This document shows positions 10,314 through 19,793 of a DNA stretch of 64,000 bases, one piece after another. The stretch covers positions 4,629 to 68,628 of the forward strand of contig JAGXFQ010000009.1 in NCBI GenBank assembly GCA_024637145.1, read 5' to 3'. A model generated the notes under the pieces. That model was not told the origin of the DNA. It saw only the letters and a list, made by a program, of their open reading frames with translations, and ran no database searches. The translations under genes and the position numbers were made by a program. Origin of the DNA: Desulfobulbaceae bacterium. Lineage in GTDB: Bacteria > Desulfobacterota > Desulfobulbia > Desulfobulbales > SURF-16. The first letter of the stretch is position 1; each line of letters starts with the position of its first letter.

Positions 10314-11186
10314 ATGGCGAGTTTAAAGGAAATTTCAACAAAAATCGCTGGTGTGAAAAAGACATCGCAGATCACCAAGGCCATGAACATGGTTTCGGCG
10401 TCAAAGCTCCGCGGCGCCCAGTTGAAGATGGAAAATTTCCATCCCTATGCTGAGAAGTTCAATGCCACCATGGCGAATCTGAGCAGTGGCGCCACAGGTG
10501 AGTATCCTCTTATGGAGGTGCGCGATGTCAAAACCGTCGAGATTCTGGTGGTTACCTCTGACCGCGGACTCTGTGGCAGCTTTAATTCTAATATTATCAG
10601 GATGGCTGAAAAGCTTGCTGCCAAGTATGAAGCGGAAGGGAAAAAGGTTTCCTTTGTCTGTGTCGGGAAGAAGGGGTCCAACTATTTTCGGAAAAGAGGG
10701 CTGGTGCGAACCGCCTACCGTGATATCATGGGGACCTTCCAGATGTTCAATGCCCGGCAGATTGCCCAGGATATAGCCGCCAACTTCGAGGCCGGCGAGG
10801 CCGATGAAGTCAAGGTGATCTATGGCCATTTCCGCAGTGTAGCTAGACAGATCCCCACCACCATTCACCTGCTGCCGGTTAAACCGATAGAAGGTGCAGA
10901 GGGTGCTGCCGCTGCTGGCCAGTCCAGTGACTATATCTACGAGCCAAGTTCCGATCAGATCATGGAGGTGCTTCTGCCTCTCTATATGAATGTCATGGTC
11001 TTTAATTCCATGCTCCATATCGGCGCCAGTGAACACGCGGCCCGCATGACTGCCATGGATAATGCCACCAATGCCTGTAATGACATTGTTAAAGATTTGA
11101 CCATGATCTTCAATAAGGCCCGGCAGGCTGCCATTACCGGCGACCTGATGGATATCGTCGGTGGCGCTGAGGCCCTGAAAGGATAA
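10314..11186 (+). CDS. atpG: F0F1 ATP synthase subunit gamma
   Basis: 'KEISTKIAGVKKTSQITKAMNMVSASKLR' N-terminus and 'ITGDLMDIVGGAEALK' C-terminus, both typical of gamma. Confidence 0.95.
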   Translation: MASLKEISTKIAGVKKTSQITKAMNMVSASKLRGAQLKMENFHPYAEKFNATMANLSSGATGEYPLMEVRDVKTVEILVVTSDRGLCGSFNSNIIRMAEKLAAKYEAEGKKVSFVCVGKKGSNYFRKRGLVRTAYRDIMGTFQMFNARQIAQDIAANFEAGEADEVKVIYGHFRSVARQIPTTIHLLPVKPIEGAEGAAAAGQSSDYIYEPSSDQIMEVLLPLYMNVMVFNSMLHIGASEHAARMTAMDNATNACNDIVKDLTMIFNKARQAAITGDLMDIVGGAEALKG

Positions 11187-11241
11187 CAGATTCAAGATTA
11201 CGCACACCATCAATCTGATGGCTGTCTGCATAGATGCTTAA

Positions 11242-12681
<1,440 letters not shown>

Positions 12682-12743
12682 GCGGGTTGAACACGCACCA
12701 GGGCGATGGACTGCCCTGGTGCCATTATTCGAGGTGATGTGTT

Positions 12744-13163
12744 ATGGCAGAAACAATTGAACTTGAGGTCGTAACCCCCTCAGGTCCGGTGGTGAGTGAA
12801 GATGTTGATATCGTCACTGCCCCTGGTTCCGGCGGTGTTTTCGGTGTTCTTGCTAACCATGCCCCTTTTCTTTCCACTATCAAGGTTGGCGAGTTGTCCT
12901 ATAAGAAGCAGGGCAAAGAGTATTCCCTGATGGTGAGCGGCGGTTTCTGTGAGGTATCTAGTAATAAGATTACCTTTATCGTTGAAAGTTGTGAAAAGGG
13001 TTCTGATATCGATATTGATCGGGCCCTGCTTGCCAAGGAAAGGGCTGAGAAACGTCTTGCCCAAATGACGGGCAAACAGGAAAAAATCAATGAGGCCCGG
13101 GCCCAGGCTGCCCTGCAGCGTGCCCTGGCCCGCGTCCGGGTTGCTGAGAAGAGGGGCCGTTAA
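12744..13163 (+). CDS. atpC: F0F1 ATP synthase subunit epsilon
   Basis: Last gene of the operon. It has a beta-sandwich N-terminus ('[10 protein letters not shown]...') and a helical C-terminus. Confidence 0.9.
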   Translation: MAETIELEVVTPSGPVVSEDVDIVTAPGSGGVFGVLANHAPFLSTIKVGELSYKKQGKEYSLMVSGGFCEVSSNKITFIVESCEKGSDIDIDRALLAKERAEKRLAQMTGKQEKINEARAQAALQRALARVRVAEKRGR

Positions 13164-13187
13164 GAGCCTCTGAGGTCAGTAATTCCA

Positions 13188-13223
13188 CAAAAAAAGCCGC
13201 ACATTTATGTGCGGCTTTTTTTT
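13188..13223. terminator. Bidirectional intrinsic terminator between atpC (+) and cheX-like (-)
   Basis: A8 - GCCGCACAT/ATGTGCGGC 9-bp stem - T8. Confidence 0.8.
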
Positions 13224-13240
13224 GTGCAATTTATGGGCAG

Positions 13241-13717
13241 CTAGCGCTTCTTTGCCGCCAGGTTGGCTTCGATGACAAAGCCGCCATATTTGGTGTCAAA
13301 GGGGATAACAATGGTTGGAGATTCTGAGAGGGTTGAAATCTCCACGCCCTTGCCGGTAATCATGGTGGGGGTTGCCAGATCAAATTTGTGATTCATCTGG
13401 CCCAAGGTCGCCTTGGCGCCGCCGCATATCATATTGGTCAACTCGCCCACCGCATCGATGATTTCATCATCAATACGCTCCTTGGCATCTTCCATGAGCA
13501 TGTTGGCAACAATATTGATAATACATTTCTCAGAAAAGCTGAGGATCATGCAGCCGGACACCTCATGACTTGCCATGCCGATGATGCCGGTAACCTCACC
13601 AAACGTATGTTTGTCCTCTTTGAGGAAGGCCTTCTTGGGGATAACCTGGGTCTGGCACATGGTCTCCAGGACATTTTTGGCGGCCTGTAAAAAAGGATTT
13701 ATAAATTCAACTTTCAT
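13241..13717 (-). CDS. cheX: CheX-like chemotaxis phosphatase domain protein
   Basis: 'INPFLQAAKNVLETM', 'GEVTGIIGMASHEVSGCMILSF' and 'DAVGELTNMICGGAK' are typical of the CheC/CheX family. Confidence 0.75.
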   Translation of the reverse strand: MKVEFINPFLQAAKNVLETMCQTQVIPKKAFLKEDKHTFGEVTGIIGMASHEVSGCMILSFSEKCIINIVANMLMEDAKERIDDEIIDAVGELTNMICGGAKATLGQMNHKFDLATPTMITGKGVEISTLSESPTIVIPFDTKYGGFVIEANLAAKKR

Positions 13718-13994
13718 AAGGAACTGAGGGGATCATGAGGGTGGCAAGTTTGAGAGAGCGTGCTGAGATATATCGTTAACTTAGATGATGAAAGAATCAA
13801 TTAGTTGAAAAATGGTCCCTTGTCAAGGAACACTCCGTTTAAAGGGCAGGTTAGGGCCGCCCCCTCTTTAGAAAAGATCTTTTTAGGTAGTTTCCCCGTG
13901 GTGATTTTTTGGGATAAGTAGGTTAAGGATGACAACGTTGTCTGTCGTGCACGTTTTAATGTTTCACCTCTTAAATGAGTAACAAGGAGCCAAA

Positions 13995-15407
13995 ATGAAC
14001 GCCAAAGAGAGAATGGCCATAGATCGACAAACATGTGCGGAGCTTTCTCCTGAAATCAGAACGGATAATTATGACGAGGTCTCCCTGGGTTTTACGGAAG
14101 AGAGTGTCAAGGTAGAGGCCCTGCGCTGTCTGCAGTGCAAGAAGCCGGGCTGCCGCCTTGGCTGTCCCATCAACAATGATATCCCGGCTTTTATTGCCCT
14201 GGTTGGGGAAGGTAAATTCGAGGAGGCGTACTGGAAGGTGCGTGAGACTTCTTCGTTGCCGGCCATCTGCTCGCGGGTATGTCCCCATGAGAACCAGTGT
14301 GAAGGCTCCTGCGTCCGGGCCAAAAAAGGAAAACCAGTGGCCATCGGGCTCATTGAGCGCTTCATGTCTGACTGGATGGTGCATCACCAGAAGAAAATTA
14401 ATGTGGCCTGTGCCCTGCCCAAGGGTAAAAAAGTGGCCCTTGTCGGCTCGGGTCCCGCCGGCATGACTGCCGCCTATCATTTGGCCCATGCGGGATATGA
14501 ATGCACCATCTATGAATCACTGCCGGTTATCGGCGGCATGCTCAAGGTGGGTATTCCCCCCTTTCGGTTGCCCCGGCATATTCTCAATGCCGAATTTGCC
14601 GCCCTGAAGGATTGCGGCGTGCAGATTATCCATGATGTGGTGATCGGCAGGGACATTACCCTCCAGCAACTGCGGACAGAACATGGTTTTGACGCCGTCT
14701 TTGTCGGGGTCGGCGCCCATACCAGCCGTAAACTGGGGGTGGAAGGCGAAGAAATGGCAGGGGTCCTCCCCGGCATTGATTATCTCCGGGAGGTTCTTTC
14801 CGGCAATAAGGTGGATGTGGGCCAGAACGTGGTGGTGGTGGGCGGCGGTAATGTGGCCATTGATTGCGCCCGGGTCGCCCTGCGCGAAGGTTCAGGGAAT
14901 GTCTTTATCCTCTACCGGCGGACCATCGAGGAGATGCCCGCCTCCAGTGAAGAGATTCATCATCTGCAGCAGGAGGGGGTGAAGATTGAATTTCTGGCCG
15001 CCCCGGTGAAGATTGTGGGCGAAGAGGGCAGGATGACCGGTATTGAATGCATAAAGATGGAACTCGGTCCCCCTGATGATTCCGGCCGAAGAAGACCCGT
15101 GGAACAGGCCGGCTCCAATTTTGTCATTGCCGCTGAGTGCGTTATTCCTGCCATCAGTCAGAATGTGGATCATGAGATCGACACGGGTCAGCACTTTGCC
15201 TTGACCAGGTGGGGCACCTATATCATCGACAAGACCACCTTCCAGACTAACGTCGAGTGGATCTTTGCCGCCGGGGATGCGGTGCTCGGGCCCCAGACCG
15301 TTGCCAAGGCGGTTTATCAGGCCAAGGAGGCTGCTGAGTCCATTGTCCGCTATCTGGAAGAGCGGGATCTTAAAGAGGGTCGGACGGTGCGGGATCTGGA
15401 TTCGTAA
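13995..15407 (+). CDS. GltD/NfnB/SudA-family NAD(P)H-dependent FAD oxidoreductase (glutamate synthase small-subunit-like)
   Basis: N-terminal Fe-S Cys cluster ('CLQCKKPGCRLGCPINNDIPAF', 'ICSRVCPHENQCEGSC') followed by two Rossmann motifs ('VALVGSGPAGMTAA', 'VVVVGGGNVAIDCA'). No large-subunit or NfnA partner is adjacent. Confidence 0.8.
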   Translation: MNAKERMAIDRQTCAELSPEIRTDNYDEVSLGFTEESVKVEALRCLQCKKPGCRLGCPINNDIPAFIALVGEGKFEEAYWKVRETSSLPAICSRVCPHENQCEGSCVRAKKGKPVAIGLIERFMSDWMVHHQKKINVACALPKGKKVALVGSGPAGMTAAYHLAHAGYECTIYESLPVIGGMLKVGIPPFRLPRHILNAEFAALKDCGVQIIHDVVIGRDITLQQLRTEHGFDAVFVGVGAHTSRKLGVEGEEMAGVLPGIDYLREVLSGNKVDVGQNVVVVGGGNVAIDCARVALREGSGNVFILYRRTIEEMPASSEEIHHLQQEGVKIEFLAAPVKIVGEEGRMTGIECIKMELGPPDDSGRRRPVEQAGSNFVIAAECVIPAISQNVDHEIDTGQHFALTRWGTYIIDKTTFQTNVEWIFAAGDAVLGPQTVAKAVYQAKEAAESIVRYLEERDLKEGRTVRDLDS

Positions 15408-15469
15408 ATTATATTAACAAGGGCTGCCCCTGATAGGGGCGGCCGCCTTCCCTGAAGGGGTGGAGCCTG

Positions 15470-15802
15470 ATGCGACAATTTATAATAGATGAACTGAGTG
15501 GCCAGGAGCATGACAGACTGGACACCTATTTGAAAAAGAGCCTGAGTCAGGCGGCCATGGTGGGCATGTTCTGGCTCCAGCTTCCGGAAGATCTCTGGGC
15601 CGAGGCCCAGCTGGGCCATAATGCCTGCGGGCCCTTCTTCTTTGCCGTGGAACTGGCGAAAGATAAGCTCATGATAGAATTGCTTCTCCGCAGCCAGAGT
15701 AATCTGCACTGCTCCTGTATCGCCTATGCCACCCCGGCCCAGCGCGATTTTGTGCTGCGCTTTATCGACACCATGATCGCTAAGGAGCAGATCAAGGCCT
15801 GA
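15470..15802 (+). CDS. Hypothetical protein (110 aa)
   Basis: The ORF has coding-like composition. I recognise no motif. Confidence 0.5.
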   Translation: MRQFIIDELSGQEHDRLDTYLKKSLSQAAMVGMFWLQLPEDLWAEAQLGHNACGPFFFAVELAKDKLMIELLLRSQSNLHCSCIAYATPAQRDFVLRFIDTMIAKEQIKA

Positions 15803-15946
15803 TCTTTGTTCTGGGCCCAGCTCTTTCAGCCCCTCTTAAAATAGACTTTTTTCCATTTCTTTCTTTTGCTATACTTTTATGAAAAGGGAAGATGTCGAAG
15901 ACAGGAGGCGGGGCGAGATCCCTGCACGTTTCTGAGGGGAACCAGC

Positions 15947-16693
15947 ATGGGCGTGGATGATTTTGAAGACTATCTGGCCATTGAACTCCAGAGCGAAATG
16001 GCCGATAACTTTTTTGGCTTTCGTAAGTTTATTGAAGAGGATTCCCTGGCCTATAAGGACAAGATCCGCCAATACTCCTTTATCCTCGAAAAGAGGATCA
16101 GCTTCGACCTCATTCGCATCTATATCCTCCTTCATGAGGAGGAGCTTATTGATGCCTTTCTGCAGCTCTGTCATTTGGAAAAGAAGCTTTTCTATGACCC
16201 CTATCTCACGGAATCAAAAACAATCAGAGAGCGTGTTTTTGAAAGCGTACGCAGGCGGGGCTTGACTCGCAAGGGACGCTTTCAGAATTTACTGCTCGAC
16301 TGCTATGACCACCTCTCTCTCCATGTGGCAAGCTACCGCCAAAAATATGAGGAGCTGAAAACCATCCATGCCGATCTGAGGGATGAAATTGAACTCTTTG
16401 AGAAAAAACATGATGTGCCGGCCATGATGACCTTTCTCCGCTCCCTGGGGGCACCCCCGGTAGCCGGCAATATGGAGGCGGGACGCGAAAGCGGAGTGGC
16501 CGAGGCTATTGGTCGAAAATTGCGGATTGACGTCCCCGAGAACGTTGAGTTCCATCTGCCCCCCCTGCCGCCGCTGCCCGCCTTGGCTACCATAAAGAAG
16601 GAACTGGCGGCACTGGCCGAGCAGGCCTATATGCTGCAAAGCGAAGAGTTTCTGGTTATGTTTGCCAATAATTTTTTCAAACCCCGGCACTGA
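15947..16693 (+). CDS. Hypothetical protein (about 248 aa from ATG 15947)
   Basis: The in-frame ATG at 15947 is preceded by RBS 'gagggg'. The track start at 15866 is a TTG without an RBS. The protein looks helical/coiled-coil and has no recognisable domain. Confidence 0.5.
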   Translation: MGVDDFEDYLAIELQSEMADNFFGFRKFIEEDSLAYKDKIRQYSFILEKRISFDLIRIYILLHEEELIDAFLQLCHLEKKLFYDPYLTESKTIRERVFESVRRRGLTRKGRFQNLLLDCYDHLSLHVASYRQKYEELKTIHADLRDEIELFEKKHDVPAMMTFLRSLGAPPVAGNMEAGRESGVAEAIGRKLRIDVPENVEFHLPPLPPLPALATIKKELAALAEQAYMLQSEEFLVMFANNFFKPRH

Positions 16694-16735
16694 GCGCTGC
16701 CGGCGGGCACTGAGCGCTGCCGGCGGGCCGAAAGA

Positions 16736-17560
16736 TTACCGGACCCCTCTTTTTTTCATTCTCCCCTTGCCGATGGTGTTGATGAATCTGCCCATGACCT
16801 CATAATAGAGCGGGCCCGCCACGGCCATAATCGTGTTATGGCCGGCGCCGGGAACGGTCTGAAACTCCTTCTGCTGGGCGATGGATTCAGCAATAAGTTC
16901 CGTGGCATTGGTCAGGGTAATGACCTCATCGTTTTGACCGTGGATGATGTAGGTGGGCATGGAGATGGATTTGATCTTGTCCAGGTTGTGAAACCCATCT
17001 TCCTCAACGAGCCCCAGGCCATCCACGTCAACGCCCAGGGTCTGGAGAAGGGGCAGGGTAAGGGCGAAACCGCTGTCAATAAGCAGGGCATCGATAAGGT
17101 CCGGATGGGCCCAGGCCAGCTCTATGGCCGGGGCGCAGCCCAGAGACCTGCCCATGACCAGAAGCTTGCCCTTATATCCCTGGGCCTGACGCCAGGAGCA
17201 GACGGCCTCCAGAACGGCATGGCAGTCTGTCATCATGTTGCCTGCCGTGGGCGTTCCGGTTGAGAGGCCATAGCCCCGGTATTCTGCGGCAATAAAGGTG
17301 ATCTCTCCTTTATTATGGGTGGCTCCCACCTCGTCATAGTCAGCAACAACCTCACCATTGCCATGGAAAAAAAGGAGGCAGGGCGCCTCGCTCTTGCCAG
17401 AAGGAAAAATGCGCAGATGGGTGGCGGCGCCTTCCTCCACTTTGATAGGGATATCTTCGGCCCCTGTGGGGGGAGGAGAAGGGGGCAAAGAGATGGGGTG
17501 GAAGATATGGTCAGAGACGCCTTTCTGGTCGAGTTTGGTATAGGTGTAAGATGGAGACAT
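16736..17560 (-). CDS. Alpha/beta hydrolase
   Basis: 'LLFFHGNGE' oxyanion region, nucleophile elbow 'GRSLG', 'HGQNDEVI', and a catalytic His in 'GAGHNT'. Confidence 0.8.
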   Translation of the reverse strand: MSPSYTYTKLDQKGVSDHIFHPISLPPSPPPTGAEDIPIKVEEGAATHLRIFPSGKSEAPCLLFFHGNGEVVADYDEVGATHNKGEITFIAAEYRGYGLSTGTPTAGNMMTDCHAVLEAVCSWRQAQGYKGKLLVMGRSLGCAPAIELAWAHPDLIDALLIDSGFALTLPLLQTLGVDVDGLGLVEEDGFHNLDKIKSISMPTYIIHGQNDEVITLTNATELIAESIAQQKEFQTVPGAGHNTIMAVAGPLYYEVMGRFINTIGKGRMKKRGVR

Positions 17561-17905
17561 GGCTATTCCTCAAAGGATGGCAGAGAAGGCGTGACGCCTC
17601 TTCTCGTTGATGACGGAGTCTTCGTCTTCTTTATAAACAGAGAATGCTGAAGTGGCAATGGCGCTCATTTGAAAAGGGGAGATATACCCCGGCCGGGCTT
17701 TTTCCGCCGCCTTTCTGATGCCCTCCACAGGCCGCGTAACTCCAAAAGGTGATCAACAAGGAATAAAAAGGCAGCTGGTGAGGCGGCGGTCGGGCTCAGC
17801 CCAGAGAAAAAAAGCATGGTGGCGACTGGTGGAAAAGCTCTTGGCTGCTGATCTAGAGGGGCAAAAAAACAGAAGGGGCGAAGGAAAGAGGCGGGAAGGG
17901 CGTAG

Positions 17906-17946
17906 AAAAAAAGGGGGCCAGCGCTTCTGGCTCAGCCCCCCTTTTT
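17906..17946. terminator. Probable intrinsic terminator downstream of the tusA-dsrE-like operon
   Basis: A7 - GGGGGC...GCCCCC stem with an inner GCCAG/CTGGC helix - T5. On the minus strand it is followed by T7. Confidence 0.45.
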
Positions 17947-17973
17947 GGGAAAATATCTGCGCGGCGGAGCGGA

Positions 17974-18150
17974 CTACCACCAGCAGATGGTCTGGTCAGC
18001 TTCCCAGACCATCTCGACAAGCTTTCCATAGTCAGGAGCAGCTACATCGAGGTTGAACTCTACATTGTCGCGATCAGCGGAAACGATCTCTTTGAGCTTC
18101 GTGACATCATCATTGATCTCAGCGGACCGCATAACGTGTAAGATTTTCAT
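17974..18150 (-). CDS. Small conserved-hypothetical protein (58 aa), last gene of the TusA/DsrE-like operon
   Basis: It is not in the ORF track because it is under 60 aa. It translates as MKILHVMRSAEINDDVTKLKEIVSADRDNVEFNLDVAAPDYGKLVEMVWEADQTICWW*. A GGAG lies 8 nt upstream of the ATG, and the start is 31 nt downstream of the preceding gene. Confidence 0.6.
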   Translation of the reverse strand: MKILHVMRSAEINDDVTKLKEIVSADRDNVEFNLDVAAPDYGKLVEMVWEADQTICWW

Positions 18151-18181
18151 CTTGATAACTCCGTAATAAGGTTAATAGGTC

Positions 18182-18514
18182 TTAGCTTTTGTCAGCTCTC
18201 ATGATGCCGTAGGGGATGATGTATTCCATCTCCCGCATCTTCTGGCCAAGTTCTTCCAGGGTGGTCTGGGTCAGGCCATAATTTGCAGCGTTAGCCTCAG
18301 GCAGGGTATAGCAGTCGCCTTCCATGTCGCGGAGCCATTCCACATTTTCCATATGATACTCTTTCATGTCCTTCTCGTTTACCGCAAGCTCATTGAGGTC
18401 ATTGTACATAACACAGCCATAGGCATACATGTTTTCTACGGCAAGACCAAGGGCGGAACGGATACCGTCAAGAACGTATTCCCTACTGGGCATTAAGAAT
18501 AATACTTTAGACAT
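18182..18514 (-). CDS. Small DsrE/DsrF/DsrH-fold-like conserved hypothetical protein (110 aa)
   Basis: 'KVLFLMPS...' N-terminus resembles the DsrEFH/TusBCD fold. It starts 12 nt after the DsrE-like gene. The assignment is weak. Confidence 0.5.
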   Translation of the reverse strand: MSKVLFLMPSREYVLDGIRSALGLAVENMYAYGCVMYNDLNELAVNEKDMKEYHMENVEWLRDMEGDCYTLPEANAANYGLTQTTLEELGQKMREMEYIIPYGIMRADKS

Positions 18515-18526
18515 TGGGTTCTCTCC

Positions 18527-18844
18527 TTATAAGGTCAGGTAGCAGTCGTAGTCTTCAATGATAGCGCCATGCTGAGCCTGGGTGGCCATTTTGGTGCTGT
18601 CAAGACCTGCGGGGATGTCTTCTATATCGTAGCCAGCCTTTTTGTAGCTGTCCACGCAGATGGAAACATCAACTCCTTCCATGGCACAAAGTTTGGGGAA
18701 TTCTTTGCATTTGGTCAGATGCGTTGCAAACCAGGTGAAGAAAACCTTAACCTTGGCACCCTTAGCAACAGCGGCCTCGGTGACTCCCAGGACATGACGC
18801 ATGTGCTGTGGAGACGTAACAAAAATACCAATACTCTTTGCCAT
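18527..18844 (-). CDS. DsrE-like sulfur-relay protein
   Basis: 'IGIFVTSP' N-terminus and a Cys in the DsrE-type context 'DVSICVDSYKKAGY'. RBS 'ggagg' precedes the start. It sits between tusA and the small proteins. Confidence 0.65.
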   Translation of the reverse strand: MAKSIGIFVTSPQHMRHVLGVTEAAVAKGAKVKVFFTWFATHLTKCKEFPKLCAMEGVDVSICVDSYKKAGYDIEDIPAGLDSTKMATQAQHGAIIEDYDCYLTL

Positions 18845-18865
18845 TTTATCCTCCAGATAAAAAAG

Positions 18866-18897
18866 AAAAAAAAGGCATATTCAGGGGTGAATATGCC
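18866..18897 (-). terminator. Intrinsic terminator/attenuator between tusA and the dsrE-like gene
   Basis: Minus-strand RNA forms a GGCAUAUUCA-CCCC-UGAAUAUGCC hairpin with a 10-bp perfect stem, followed by U8. The RBS and start of the next gene come immediately after. Confidence 0.75.
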
Positions 18898-18921
18898 GTA
18901 AACACAGATTCTGGGCGGGGC

Positions 18922-19179
18922 TTATTTTTTTCGCAGATAGAAACGAATGAACCCGGAATCTTCTTTCTCTCCGAGGTATTCATGGCCGGCCCGCGAGCAC
19001 CAACCGGGAAGGTCGTTGCGAGAACCTGGATCAGTACCCAGGATTTCCAGGATGTCGCCGGTATTGATCTTGTCGATCTCTTTTTTGGTGCGCAGCAAAG
19101 GCATGGGGCAGCTCAATCCTTTGGCATCCAGGGTACGGGCTACTTCAAGACCGTCAGGTGCTGTTAAATGATCACTCAT
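18922..19179 (-). CDS. tusA: TusA-family sulfurtransferase
   Basis: Canonical 'LDAKGLSCPMPLLRTKKEI' (CPxP active-site Cys) and the usual size of about 80 aa. Confidence 0.9.
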   Translation of the reverse strand: MSDHLTAPDGLEVARTLDAKGLSCPMPLLRTKKEIDKINTGDILEILGTDPGSRNDLPGWCSRAGHEYLGEKEDSGFIRFYLRKK

Positions 19180-19793
19180 GGGGAATCCTCCGTCAAGAAA
19201 AATTAGGTGATTAAACAGATACGGCAGAGGCCGCTTTAACCTCTCATGTGCCGGTGGGCACAGGATATAGCAGATTACGAATATATTTTTCTAACAGGAA
19301 AGGGGGGGGGTGTCAAGGGGTAATGAATAGCTGTTCATTACCAAGGGCAAGAGTGCGAAGAAGACCGGCAAAGATGGGGAATTTGCCCCGGACAGGCGCC
19401 TCTGTCTTGATATAAAAAATGTATTATATTAATTAGTTATGGTAGTCTGGTCGCAGGATGCGCCCGGGAAAAAAACAACCTGGCCCGCACATCATTGTTG
19501 ACAAATCAAAGGGCCATGGGTAATGCTTTGATTTTTAAGGCCTTTGTCGGAGGCGATTTGAGTAACTAAAGGTTTTTTCGACAGATTAGGTATGAGTACT
19601 TGGTCTTTGCAAGGATCTGCTTTAACAGCTTTGGCCAAAAAAGCAGGAAAGGGCTGTGGTCACGGCTGTCCGGCTTTTTTTTGCGGCAACAAAACGGAAA
19701 ATTAACCATCTGCAGGCCCTGAGGCGTTATGTTGAGGTTTTGGAGAGAACCGTGGCGCCCCGCGGGCACCATAACTGAGGGAGAGGAAAAATC

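Noticed and set aside
17718-18056. 112-aa plus-strand ORF (K/R/G-rich).
   Set aside because: It spans a terminator hairpin and overlaps the better-supported 58-aa minus-strand gene. It has a low-complexity basic composition and no RBS.
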